A stretch of DNA of 27,840 nucleotides, taken from assembly GCA_002009975.1 (NCBI GenBank), contig MTLP01000019.1:1-27840 (forward strand). Direction: 5' to 3'. The notes under the pieces are model-generated. The model worked only from the letters and a program-made list of their open reading frames with translations, was not told the DNA's origin and made no database searches. The DNA is from Thermococcus sp. JdFR-02. Its GTDB lineage: Archaea > Methanobacteriota_B > Thermococci > Thermococcales > Thermococcaceae. Below are positions 19,151 to 27,840 of this stretch, piece after piece (within the stretch, counting starts at the first letter, position 1; each line of letters starts with the position of its first letter). Made by a program: the position numbers and the translations under genes.

Positions 19151-19702
19151 CCAAGGGTTAAAACCAAGTTTTTGAAGCTCTAGAATAATTTTTATTGGAA
19201 ACCCCATGACGTTATAATAATCTCCTCTGATCCACTCAACAAGCAAGGCACCTTTCCCCTGAATACCATACGCTCCCGCTTTATCCAATGGCTCTTTGGT
19301 TTTCACATAACTTTCAATTTCTTCATTTGAAAGTTCTCTAAACTTAACCTCTGTAACCTCAAAACCTTTAATTTCTTTTCCTTCATGAATTATGCAGTAT
19401 CCAGTGATTACCTCATGGATTTTCCCACTAAGCATTTTAAGCATTTTCTTAGCCTCATCTTCATTCTTGGGTTTTCCAAGTATTTTATCGTTTAGAACTA
19501 CAATGGTGTCCGCTCCAATAACTGTTCCACCAAACTTACTGTAAATATCCCAAGCCTTTTTCCTTGCAACTTCAATTGCATGCTCTTTTGGAGTTTTTGA
19601 ATAGCTTTCCTCAATGATATCACTTGGAATAACCTTGAAATCCTTAAAGAACCTCGAGAGAATCTCTTTCCTTCTTGGACTTTGGGAAGCTAATAGCAAC
19701 AT
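19145..19702 (-). CDS. maf: Maf-family nucleoside-triphosphate pyrophosphatase (dTTP/UTP type)
   Basis: LASQSPRR, GADTIV, ILGKP, DKAGAYGIQG. Confidence 0.95.
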   Translation of the reverse strand: MLLLASQSPRRKEILSRFFKDFKVIPSDIIEESYSKTPKEHAIEVARKKAWDIYSKFGGTVIGADTIVVLNDKILGKPKNEDEAKKMLKMLSGKIHEVITGYCIIHEGKEIKGFEVTEVKFRELSNEEIESYVKTKEPLDKAGAYGIQGKGALLVEWIRGDYYNVMGFPIKIILELQKLGFNPWL

Positions 19703-19751
19703 AGTTTCACCTCCTTAGCAAATGTTAAAAATCTTGGGGTAAATTAAGTTT

Positions 19752-19810
19752 AGGCAATGAAGACAATTTCGCTAGCTGATTTGTGATGAGTACCCTCGCA
19801 ACTGAGCACC
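19752..19810 (+). ncRNA. Box C/D guide RNA; D' guide predicted to target 23S rRNA
   Basis: ATGAAGA(19757)-caatttcgctag-CTGA-tt-tGTGATGA-gtaccctcgcaa-CTGA(19805); two 12-nt guides and complementary flanks. Confidence 0.92.
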
Positions 19811-19824
19811 TAACTTCTCAGTTA

Positions 19825-19840
19825 GAGAAAGATTTAAATA
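19825..19840 (+). promoter_or_regulatory. BRE/TATA promoter of the rpl7ae operon
   Basis: GAGAAAGATTTAAATA about 63 nt upstream of the ATG. Confidence 0.75.
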
Positions 19841-19902
19841 GCCTTTTATCTTTTGCTAAGCTTGACTATTAGATGAACGATGAACTTTAGGAGGGATGTG
19901 AA

Positions 19903-20274
19903 ATGGCAAAGCCAAGCTATGTGAAGTTTGAGGTTCCAAACGAATTAGCTGAGAAGGCTTTAGAGGCTGTTGAGATTGCAAGGGACAGTGGAAGAATTAG
20001 GAAAGGGACAAACGAAACAACAAAAGCTGTTGAGAGAGGTCAAGCTAAGCTTGTAGTAATAGCTGAAGATGTTGACCCAGAGGAGATTGTTGCACACTTA
20101 CCACCTCTCTGTGAGGAGAAGGAAATCCCATACATCTATGTCCCAAGCAAGAAAGAATTAGGAGCTGCAGCTGGTATTGAGGTTTCCGCTGCAAGTGTTG
20201 CTATAATCGAGCCCGGTAAAGGTAGAGAGTTAGTTGAGGAAATTGCTATGAAAGTTAGGGAGCTCATGAAGTGA
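19903..20274 (+). CDS. rpl7ae: Ribosomal protein L7Ae
   Basis: [29 protein letters not shown]. Confidence 0.98.
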   Translation: MAKPSYVKFEVPNELAEKALEAVEIARDSGRIRKGTNETTKAVERGQAKLVVIAEDVDPEEIVAHLPPLCEEKEIPYIYVPSKKELGAAAGIEVSAASVAIIEPGKGRELVEEIAMKVRELMK

Positions 20275-20345
20275 GCTCCCCTCCCTAATTACTCCTAATA
20301 GAGTGGTGAGAGGGTAGTTTTATAACGATCATCGAGGTGTGAGAA

Positions 20346-20558
20346 ATGGCTGAAGACGAGGGATTCCCTGCAGAGGTTATTGAAATTGTTGGAAGAACTG
20401 GAGTTACAGGTGGAGTGACTCAAGTAAAGGTTCGTGTTTTAGAAGGAAGAGATAAAGGTAGAGTAATTAGAAGAAACGTCAAGGGTCCAGTTAGAATTGG
20501 CGATATTGTGATTCTAAGAGAAACAGAAAGAGAAGCAAGAGAAATTAAAGCTAGGTGA
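20346..20558 (+). CDS. rps28e: Ribosomal protein S28e
   Basis: [30 protein letters not shown]. Confidence 0.98.
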   Translation: MAEDEGFPAEVIEIVGRTGVTGGVTQVKVRVLEGRDKGRVIRRNVKGPVRIGDIVILRETEREAREIKAR

Positions 20559-20563
20559 TAAGA

Positions 20564-20767
20564 ATGGCAAGATGGAACGTCTGTTCATACTGTGGAAAAG
20601 AATTTGAGCCAGGAACTGGAAAAATGTATGTAAGAAACGATGGAAGAGTTTTATTCTTCTGCTCAGGCAAGTGTGAGAAGCTATACTTCATGGGAAGAAA
20701 TCCAAGAAAGCAAAAATGGACAAAAGCCTACCAAGAAGCAAGGATGCAAAGAGCAAAGAAGAAGTGA
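20564..20767 (+). CDS. rpl24e: Ribosomal protein L24e
   Basis: CSYCG...PGTG...FCSGKC...RNPRK. Confidence 0.97.
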   Translation: MARWNVCSYCGKEFEPGTGKMYVRNDGRVLFFCSGKCEKLYFMGRNPRKQKWTKAYQEARMQRAKKK

Positions 20768-20861
20768 AGACTCCTCATCCCTTTATTTATTCTATCGAAT
20801 TATAATTCCAGCATCAATAAACTTTTTATTTGTGAGTTTTTATCTCTTTTAGGTGTTGCCT

Positions 20862-21383
20862 ATGAAAAAGGTTGAGAGAACTTTAGTTATTCTAAAACCA
20901 GATGCCGTTGTTAGGGGTCTTATTGGTGAAATAATTTCTCGATTTGAAAAGAAAGGTCTTAAAATTGTTGGAATGAAGATGATGCACTTTGATAGGGAAC
21001 TAGCAGAGAAACACTATGAGGAGCATAAGGGAAAGCCCTTCTTTGAGCCTTTGATTGATTATGTAACTAAGGGACCCTCAATAGTAATGGTATTGGAAGG
21101 AAGATATGCAATAAGTGTCGTTAGAAAAATGGCTGGTGCAACTGATCCCAAAGATGCCGCGCCCGGAACAATAAGGGGAGATTACGGATTAGATGTTGGT
21201 GATGCAATTTATAACATAATCCATGCATCAGATAGTGAAGAAACTGCTGAAAGAGAGATAAAGCTATTCTTTAAGGAAGATGAACTTTTTGAATACTGTA
21301 AAGCTGCCGATTGGTTCTATCATTCCCATTGGGACAAAGAGAAAGGTGAATATCTTGACTCGACAAAGTGCCTAGTTAAGTGA
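20862..21383 (+). CDS. ndk: Nucleoside diphosphate kinase
   Basis: [29 protein letters not shown]. Confidence 0.97.
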   Translation: MKKVERTLVILKPDAVVRGLIGEIISRFEKKGLKIVGMKMMHFDRELAEKHYEEHKGKPFFEPLIDYVTKGPSIVMVLEGRYAISVVRKMAGATDPKDAAPGTIRGDYGLDVGDAIYNIIHASDSEETAEREIKLFFKEDELFEYCKAADWFYHSHWDKEKGEYLDSTKCLVK

Positions 21384-21507
21384 TTCTCTTTTCTTTACCA
21401 AAATTTTAAAAGTTAAATCTGAGAGTTAAGCTTGGTTAATACTAAGCTTAAAATCTATGTCAAACTTACTCTAATTAAATTAACAGTTATATGGAGTGTG
21501 AGTAAAA

Positions 21508-24500
21508 ATGAAGAAGATTAGACAACCAATTATAGCAGTTCTTGGTCATGTTGACCATGGAAAGTGCCTGATGCCTAATGAGAGGATAATACTCCCCGAA
21601 TATGGAGAAATTACACTTAAAGAACTCTTTGAATTAAGTAAAGAAATTATTGAAAGAGATGACAAAAAAGAGATCAGAAAGCTAAACATCCCAATACAAA
21701 CAATTGATGGAAATGGGAAATCAAGAATTGTTAAAAGTTCTTACATATGGAGACTCAAGCATGAAGGGAAAATAATCAGGATAAAACTCAAAAACTGGCA
21801 TCATGTCTCGGTAACACCTGAACATCCTTTCCTAACAAATAGAGGATGGAAAAGAGCCGATCAACTTAAAGTCGGAGACTATGTTGCTGTTCCAAGAAGA
21901 GTTGAAGGTAATGAAAGCTTTGAGAGATTCATGAATTTTGTGTATTCAAAGCTCTTAACTGATGAACTGATAGTAAAAATAAATCAAGAAAAACTCAGGA
22001 AAATCAAGGATTATTTCAGAGGTTATAAGGCATATAAAGTGCAGAGAAATGTTTTTAGAAAAGAAGATATTGAAGTCCTTAATCTCTGGAATGATATAGA
22101 GAAGGTTGCATTTACTCCAAGGATTCACCGATCCGGAAAGCCTCTCTATTATGTAAAACTCCCAAGAAGTGATAGAGAGTGGAAAGCATTCTTCTACTTC
22201 GCTGGAGTCATGTTTGGTGATGGTACTCATGATAGAATAGCCAATAACAACGAAGAAGTTTATAAAAAATTAAAAGAACTTGAGATTATTGGTATTGAAA
22301 TACATAGAGTAAAGAGGAGAACTTCCTTTGAAATTGAGTTTAGAAAAAGCAAGAATGCTCTCTTCAGAATGCTTACAATTTTATTTGATTATCCTCAAAA
22401 GAGGAAAGCACATAGCATTAAAGTGCCTCAAATACTCTTCATAGCCCCCAAAAAATATGTAGCGGAGTTTTTAAAGGGATACTTTGATGCCGATGGTTAT
22501 GTAAGTCTGAAAGATACGAGAATTGAGATAACAAGTGCTTCAAAGGAGTTCATTGAAAAGCTCACATTTGTTCTCTTGAGATTTGGGATCTTGGCAAAGA
22601 TTTATCAAACTAGAGATTACTGGACGCTTATAATTTCTGGCAGAAGAAACCTTCAAGAGTTCAAAAGATGGATCGGATTTACAGTAAAAGTAAAAGCTGA
22701 GAATCTTGATAAGATAATTAGGAAAAGCAAAAAGAGTGAACCCTATCCAATTCAAGAAGAACTCAGACGCCTAAGACTCCTCTTCGGCTTCACAAGAAGT
22801 GAACTTAACGAGGAAGTTCCCTATTACTCAAAATATGAAAGCTCAGAAATTCCAAGTTATGAGATGTTGAAAAGGATTCTTAATGTTATCAGGAAAGGCT
22901 CAAGAAACCTCAACGTGAAAGCCCAAGTTCTTAGCGGTTTAAAGAGAGACTACAATTATCTCAAAGCCTTTGAGGCCGATGGTTTGATAAAAGAGGGTAA
23001 ACTTACAGAACTTGGAAGAGAGCTTGTTGAGGTATGGCTTAACAGGGAATTTGACTCGAAGGATGTTGACTACATTGAAAATATTATTGAAAACCTAACA
23101 TTCATCCCCGTAGAAAATATTGAAGAAATTAACTACAGTGGTTATGTCTATGATCTTACAACAGAGACGCATAACTTCATAGCAAATGGAATCATAGTTC
23201 ACAACACAACAATGCTTGATAGAATTCGTAAAACAAATGTTGCTGCTAAAGAAGCTGGTGGAATTACACAGCATATAGGTGCAACTGAGGTTCCTATTGA
23301 AGTTGTTAGACAAATCGCTGGTCCATTATTAAGCTTATGGAAGGGAGAAATTAAGTTGCCGGGATTATTGTTTATAGACACCCCCGGTCACGAGGCTTTC
23401 ACAAGTTTGAGAGCAAGGGGAGGAAGTTTAGCTGATTTAGCAATTTTGATAATTGACATAAATGAAGGCTTCCAGCCCCAGACAATTGAGAGCATTGAAA
23501 TTTTGCGTAAGTATAAAACACCCTTCATAGTAGCAGCCAATAAAATTGACAGAATAAAGGGGTGGAAAGTTCAAGAATGGGAACCTTTCTTAGTGAACTT
23601 TAAAAAACAAGACCAAAGAGCAGCGGCAGAGCTTGAAACAAAACTTTGGGAGGTAATTGGTAAATTCTATGAGATGGGCTTCCAAGCTAATAGATTTGAT
23701 AGAGTTAAAGATTTCACAAGAGAATTGGCGATTGTTCCAATTTCGGCTAAATATGGAATTGGCATTCCAGAACTTTTGGTTTTAATAGCTGGTTTGTCCC
23801 AAAAATATCTTGAGGAAAAGTTGAAAATTGAAGTAGAGGGAAATGCAAGGGGAACAATTTTAGAAGTTAGGGAAGAAATAGGTTTTGGAACAACCATTGA
23901 TGTTATTATTTATGATGGAACACTTAGAAAAGATGACATAATCGTCGTTGGTGGGAAAGATAAAGCAATTGTAACAAAAATTAGGGCTTTACTTAAACCC
24001 AAGCCATTGGATGAGATTAGAGATCCAAGGTTTAAATTTGATCAAGTTGATGAAGTTGTTGCAGCTGCAGGTATAAAGATAGCGGCTCCAAACTTAGATG
24101 AAGCCTTAGCAGGTTCTCCAGTAATTGCATGTAGAAGTGAGGAAGAAGTTGAAGAAGCTGTGAAAGAGATTATGAGAGAAATCGAGCGTGTGATGATTGA
24201 TACAGGCAAAGTTGGTGTAATTGTTAAAGCCGACACTTTAGGAAGCTTAGAGGCACTAAGTAAAGAATTACAGGAGAGCAACATACCAATTAGAAAAGCA
24301 GATGTTGGAAATATAAGCAAAACAGACGTCATGGAAGCTTTGAGTGTTAAAGACGAGGACCCACTTTTAGGTGTTATCTTAGGATTTAACGTTAAAGTCA
24401 ATGAAGATGCTGAAGAGGTTGCAAAGGCTAAAGATGTTCCAATATTTGTTGGGAATGTTATCTACAAGTTAGTTGAAGACTATGATACTTGGAGAAAAGC

Positions 24501-24942
24501 CGAAGAAGAAAAGAAGAGGAAAGAGCTTTTAGCGATGACGATGTTCCCAGGTGTTATAAAGCTCTTCCCAGATGAACGCTACGTGTTTAGAAGAAGCGAT
24601 CCCGCAATAGTGGGAATTGAAGTCCTAGAAGGAAGAATTAAGCCGGGTTACCCATTAATGAAGCAAAATGGTCACAGAGTAGGTGTTATCAAATCAATAA
24701 AGTCAAAGAATGAATTTTTACAAGAGGCAAAGAAAGGAGATCAAGTCGCGGTTGCAATTTCAGGACCAACAGTTGGAAGGCACATCCACCCAGGCGAGAT
24801 ATTGTACGTTGATTTGCCAAGGGATCACGTGATAAGGTTAGTTAAAGAGCTTAAAGATAGCTTAGATGAGACTGACATTAAAGCACTAAAAGAGATTGCC
24901 AAGGTTAAAAAGCAAGTTGATCCATTCTGGGCAAGCCTGTGA
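21508..24942 (+). CDS. infB: Translation initiation factor aIF5B (IF-2), intein-containing; 597 aa after splicing
   Basis: RQPIIAVLGHVDHGK/TT P-loop split by an intein; EAGGITQHIGA, DTPGHEAF, NKID. Confidence 0.97.
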   Translation: MKKIRQPIIAVLGHVDHGKCLMPNERIILPEYGEITLKELFELSKEIIERDDKKEIRKLNIPIQTIDGNGKSRIVKSSYIWRLKHEGKIIRIKLKNWHHVSVTPEHPFLTNRGWKRADQLKVGDYVAVPRRVEGNESFERFMNFVYSKLLTDELIVKINQEKLRKIKDYFRGYKAYKVQRNVFRKEDIEVLNLWNDIEKVAFTPRIHRSGKPLYYVKLPRSDREWKAFFYFAGVMFGDGTHDRIANNNEEVYKKLKELEIIGIEIHRVKRRTSFEIEFRKSKNALFRMLTILFDYPQKRKAHSIKVPQILFIAPKKYVAEFLKGYFDADGYVSLKDTRIEITSASKEFIEKLTFVLLRFGILAKIYQTRDYWTLIISGRRNLQEFKRWIGFTVKVKAENLDKIIRKSKKSEPYPIQEELRRLRLLFGFTRSELNEEVPYYSKYESSEIPSYEMLKRILNVIRKGSRNLNVKAQVLSGLKRDYNYLKAFEADGLIKEGKLTELGRELVEVWLNREFDSKDVDYIENIIENLTFIPVENIEEINYSGYVYDLTTETHNFIANGIIVHNTTMLDRIRKTNVAAKEAGGITQHIGATEVPIEVVRQIAGPLLSLWKGEIKLPGLLFIDTPGHEAFTSLRARGGSLADLAILIIDINEGFQPQTIESIEILRKYKTPFIVAANKIDRIKGWKVQEWEPFLVNFKKQDQRAAAELETKLWEVIGKFYEMGFQANRFDRVKDFTRELAIVPISAKYGIGIPELLVLIAGLSQKYLEEKLKIEVEGNARGTILEVREEIGFGTTIDVIIYDGTLRKDDIIVVGGKDKAIVTKIRALLKPKPLDEIRDPRFKFDQVDEVVAAAGIKIAAPNLDEALAGSPVIACRSEEEVEEAVKEIMREIERVMIDTGKVGVIVKADTLGSLEALSKELQESNIPIRKADVGNISKTDVMEALSVKDEDPLLGVILGFNVKVNEDAEEVAKAKDVPIFVGNVIYKLVEDYDTWRKAEEEKKRKELLAMTMFPGVIKLFPDERYVFRRSDPAIVGIEVLEGRIKPGYPLMKQNGHRVGVIKSIKSKNEFLQEAKKGDQVAVAISGPTVGRHIHPGEILYVDLPRDHVIRLVKELKDSLDETDIKALKEIAKVKKQVDPFWASL
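21565..23205 (+). mobile_element. 547-aa intein with LAGLIDADG homing endonuclease
   Basis: Starts CLMPNE; block B VTPEHPFL; FAGVMFGDG and FLKGYFDADG; ends VYDLT...HNFIANGIIVHN followed by Thr. Confidence 0.96.
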
Positions 24943-24946
24943 ATCT

Positions 24947-24968
24947 ATTTTATTTTTATCTCTTTTTT
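24947..24968 (+). terminator. Probable oligo(T) terminator after infB
   Basis: TATTTTATTTTTATCTCTTTTT right after the stop codon. Confidence 0.55.
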
Positions 24969-25023
24969 CAATGTAGCAAAACACTTTAATACTATTGGAC
25001 ATTTTATCCTACTGGTGGTTCAA

Positions 25024-26019
25024 ATGATGCTCGTGGTTTTGGGAAATACGGAAATAGCTTTAATACCTGGAATAAGTGTTGCTGGTGCAACTCCTGAGCT
25101 TACAAGACTAACTCCTCCAGCAGACGTTGAATACATATTTTATGGAAAACCAAAGGTTATTGATGCAATTCCAGTAACTCCCGAAGGTCATCCAACACCA
25201 GCTATAATCACTAAAGCTTCTTGGGAGTTAGGTAATTTCCCATTAATTCCCGTGAGAGGAGGTTCTTACTTAGCACCAAATGTTCCTTACGTTTTCATAA
25301 CTGATGAAGTTGGGAAGGATTTTAGAAAGGAAAAAGCAGTTCCCAACGCAAAGCAAATAATTGAAAAAGCCAAACTTTTCGGGAAAGAGCTTTCAAAGCT
25401 CGACTTAAAGGAGATAGTTATTGGAGAGTCAATTCCTGGCGGAACTACCACGGCTCAGGCAATTCTTTGGGCATTGGGTCATGATGCAAAAACCTCTTCA
25501 GCATCTCCAGAGAATCCTCAACCTCTAAAGGAGCAAGTAATTAGTGAAGCTTTCAAAAGAGTGGGCATTCAAAAGGGAGATTTTGCTAAAAAACCTTTAA
25601 AGGCTCTAGAAGAACTTGGCGATCCAATGATGGCTACTGTAATAGGTATTGCCCAAGGAGTTAGGGGAGAGATTGTCTTAGCTGGGGGAACTCAAATGTT
25701 AGCTATTGCTTCTCTTTTAAAAGCGCTCGGCGAAGATATGGAGAGATTTATGATTGCAACAACAAAATGGATTGTAAATGATAAAAGCTCGACATTCAAA
25801 AAGACGGCAAAAGAAATAGGGATAATGTACTGTTACACAACATTAAGCTTTGAAAATTCGAAGTTTAAAGGGCTAAGAGACTATGAAAAGGGTTATGTTA
25901 AAGAGGGTGTAGGAGCAGGAGGAAGTGTCTATTTGGCAAAAAAGAAAGGTTTTAGTGAGAAAGAAATTGCAAACAAAGTAGAGGAGCTTTATGAAAGGCT
26001 GATGCAAGAGAAGAGCTAA
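25024..26019 (+). CDS. cobT: Archaeal CobT-like NaMN-dependent phosphoribosyltransferase (UPF0284)
   Basis: [48 protein letters not shown]. Confidence 0.88.
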   Translation: MMLVVLGNTEIALIPGISVAGATPELTRLTPPADVEYIFYGKPKVIDAIPVTPEGHPTPAIITKASWELGNFPLIPVRGGSYLAPNVPYVFITDEVGKDFRKEKAVPNAKQIIEKAKLFGKELSKLDLKEIVIGESIPGGTTTAQAILWALGHDAKTSSASPENPQPLKEQVISEAFKRVGIQKGDFAKKPLKALEELGDPMMATVIGIAQGVRGEIVLAGGTQMLAIASLLKALGEDMERFMIATTKWIVNDKSSTFKKTAKEIGIMYCYTTLSFENSKFKGLRDYEKGYVKEGVGAGGSVYLAKKKGFSEKEIANKVEELYERLMQEKS

Positions 26020-26075
26020 TTTTTATTTTTTCTTTTCTAGTAAAGTTTAAAATAAGACGATCTTAGTTTTTAGAG

Positions 26076-26435
26076 ATGACCAAGAAATTCATTATAAAAA
26101 AAGAACAGCGAGAAAAAAAGAGGATAGCGAGGGAGAGGATCGATATACTCTTTACCTTAGCTGAGAGAGTATTTCCCTACAATAAAGAACTTGCAAACAG
26201 ATATGTTGAAATAGGTTTAGCCGTTCAGCAAAAAGCCCAAGTTAAAATACCGAGAAAATGGAAGAGAAGATACTGTAAGAAATGTCACTCCTTTTTAGTT
26301 CCCGGAGTTAATGCACGTGTAAGGCTTAGACAAAAACGCTTTCCCCATGTTGTAATTCAATGCTTAGAGTGCAATCACATAATGCGATTCCCATATTTAC
26401 GGGAAAAGAAAGCCAAACGACGGGAAAAGCAATGA
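26076..26435 (+). CDS. rnp4: RNase P protein component 4 (Rpp21)
   Basis: IARERIDILF, KRRYCKKC, CLEC...RFPY. Confidence 0.95.
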   Translation: MTKKFIIKKEQREKKRIARERIDILFTLAERVFPYNKELANRYVEIGLAVQQKAQVKIPRKWKRRYCKKCHSFLVPGVNARVRLRQKRFPHVVIQCLECNHIMRFPYLREKKAKRREKQ

Positions 26436-26621
26436 TAACTTAGTAACAGCTTCTGATGTTTAAACCAGCAAAGATGACGCCAAAATATTATCTTAGACTG
26501 TTTTATTAATTCATTCTCCCTGTCAAAGGTTAATTCATCAGCCTGCCTGTAATAAGCAGTCTTTATCTTTCCTTTCTTTATCTTCATGAATTCTAAAAAA
26601 TTAATTTCATTCCAAAATAAA

Positions 26622-27827
26622 TTATTCGACCTCATAAACAATGACCTCTTCAGAATCTCTCGGTATTATTGCAAAATAGTGACGCCATGCTTTTATGTTA
26701 TCAATTGGGCTTACCCTTTTAGTTCCTGAGTAATAAGGAATGCAGTTGAGACGTTTATCATAAACATACGCGCAGAGGTAATTGTATGAGGTTCCGGCTT
26801 CTCCTGAGAATCCCCAGTAAGCAAATGCCATGAAGCCATCTCCAAAATCTCCAAATGTTCCTTGAGATACAACCCATCCGCTATAATGAGAGATGCTAAA
26901 ACATCTTTCCTCAAGGGATTTATTTGATAAATAAAACTTTATCAGCTCATCACAATAGTTTGGGGTTACCTTAAAGGAATAAAGTGTATTGTTGTAAAGT
27001 CCAATTGCACCACCCATCCCTAAACTTGCTATCTTTTGACCTTCTGAATTAAAAAGGTAGATACTACTCATTGACAAATATTCGTGCAAAACTTGCTCAC
27101 CTTTGAGGTCTGGAAACTTAGATTGATTCACTGAAAATAGACCATGTCGAATAAAGAAAATCCTGTCATCTACTACCTTATATTCAAGAGGATAGTTCGG
27201 AATTATTGCATCATTTAGAAAATTGCACTTCTTATCAAAAAATATTGCTCTTGTCTCTCTATTCCAGTATGATCCATAAACTACAAACCCATTGGAAAAG
27301 AATGCGACTTTTGGTGTTGAATTAAATGTAAATACTTGGGAGTTCACCAGTGCACTCCTTTCTTTTGCTATGATTCTACAATCACTGAATTTGAAAGCAT
27401 ATTTAATGTTTTTGTCTGTGCTTATTGGCATTAGTCTTAAAGTTTCATAATCCAGCATAAAGCTTCCGTTATTGGTTTTTAAATAAGCATAACGGTTTGA
27501 AAAGTAATAATCGTAAACGGGCGTTATATTTAAAAGGAGCTCTCCAGTCTCTATCTCATAAGCTTTAAGTGTTCCATTGTAGAAAACAAAAAGCCTATCT
27601 TCAAAAGGCTGAAAATCCCAAGCAGGAAAAGTTAGAATTGGTTCAAATTCACCTTTGAGAGGAGTTTTGTTTTCTAGAGGCTTAAAAGACTGGGCAGAAA
27701 CATTATCAAGCGTAACATTAGAAAATTCATCTCTATTTTTCTCCTCTTGGAACTTTTGACTAACCATGATCAAAGAGACTAAAAGTAAAATAAAAAACAA
27801 AAATAAAGAAAATCTGCGGATTTTCAC
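26622..27827 (-). CDS. Hypothetical secreted or membrane-anchored beta-rich protein
   Basis: GTG after GGGGTG; N-terminal basic plus hydrophobic segment; 10 N-x-S/T sequons, 6 Cys, aromatic-rich short strands. Confidence 0.8.
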   Translation of the reverse strand: MKIRRFSLFLFFILLLVSLIMVSQKFQEEKNRDEFSNVTLDNVSAQSFKPLENKTPLKGEFEPILTFPAWDFQPFEDRLFVFYNGTLKAYEIETGELLLNITPVYDYYFSNRYAYLKTNNGSFMLDYETLRLMPISTDKNIKYAFKFSDCRIIAKERSALVNSQVFTFNSTPKVAFFSNGFVVYGSYWNRETRAIFFDKKCNFLNDAIIPNYPLEYKVVDDRIFFIRHGLFSVNQSKFPDLKGEQVLHEYLSMSSIYLFNSEGQKIASLGMGGAIGLYNNTLYSFKVTPNYCDELIKFYLSNKSLEERCFSISHYSGWVVSQGTFGDFGDGFMAFAYWGFSGEAGTSYNYLCAYVYDKRLNCIPYYSGTKRVSPIDNIKAWRHYFAIIPRDSEEVIVYEVE

Positions 27828-27840
27828 TTATCTACACCCC

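Noticed and set aside
26431-26495. ATGATAA...CTGA...AAGATGA after rpp21 as a possible C/D RNA
   Set aside because: Degenerate C box, irregular spacing and no terminal D box.

Overview
AT-rich archaeal chromosomal window, Thermococcales-like by gene content, BRE/TATA promoters and GGTGA/GGAGG ribosome-binding sites. Left to right it holds: the start of an archaellin gene with EarA-type boxes upstream; a SAM methyltransferase and earA; an amidohydrolase; asnS; four tRNA genes (Arg-TCT, Lys-CTT, Leu-GAG, intron-containing Met-CAT) around an uncharacterised ORF; suhB, DUF63, egsA, UPF0179; an unannotated 38-aa ORF; pxpABC; nob1; an operon of wHTH-like gene, alkA and two coiled-coil genes ending in a box C/D RNA; nfeD-stomatin; AMP phosphorylase; PHP; maf; a second box C/D RNA; rpl7ae-rps28e-rpl24e-ndk-infB (547-aa intein); a cobT-like gene; rpp21; and a surface protein. 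It is mostly housekeeping DNA, with no CRISPR array, integrase or transposase. The strongest hidden signals are a C/D RNA whose guide pairs across the exon/intron junction of the pre-tRNA-Met in this same window, a second C/D RNA, the 38-aa ORF, a 13-mer shared by the flaB and earA promoters, an RNase-like ORF among the tRNAs, and the uncharacterised DNA-binding/coiled-coil genes around alkA. Protein calls come from motif recognition by eye, not database searches.
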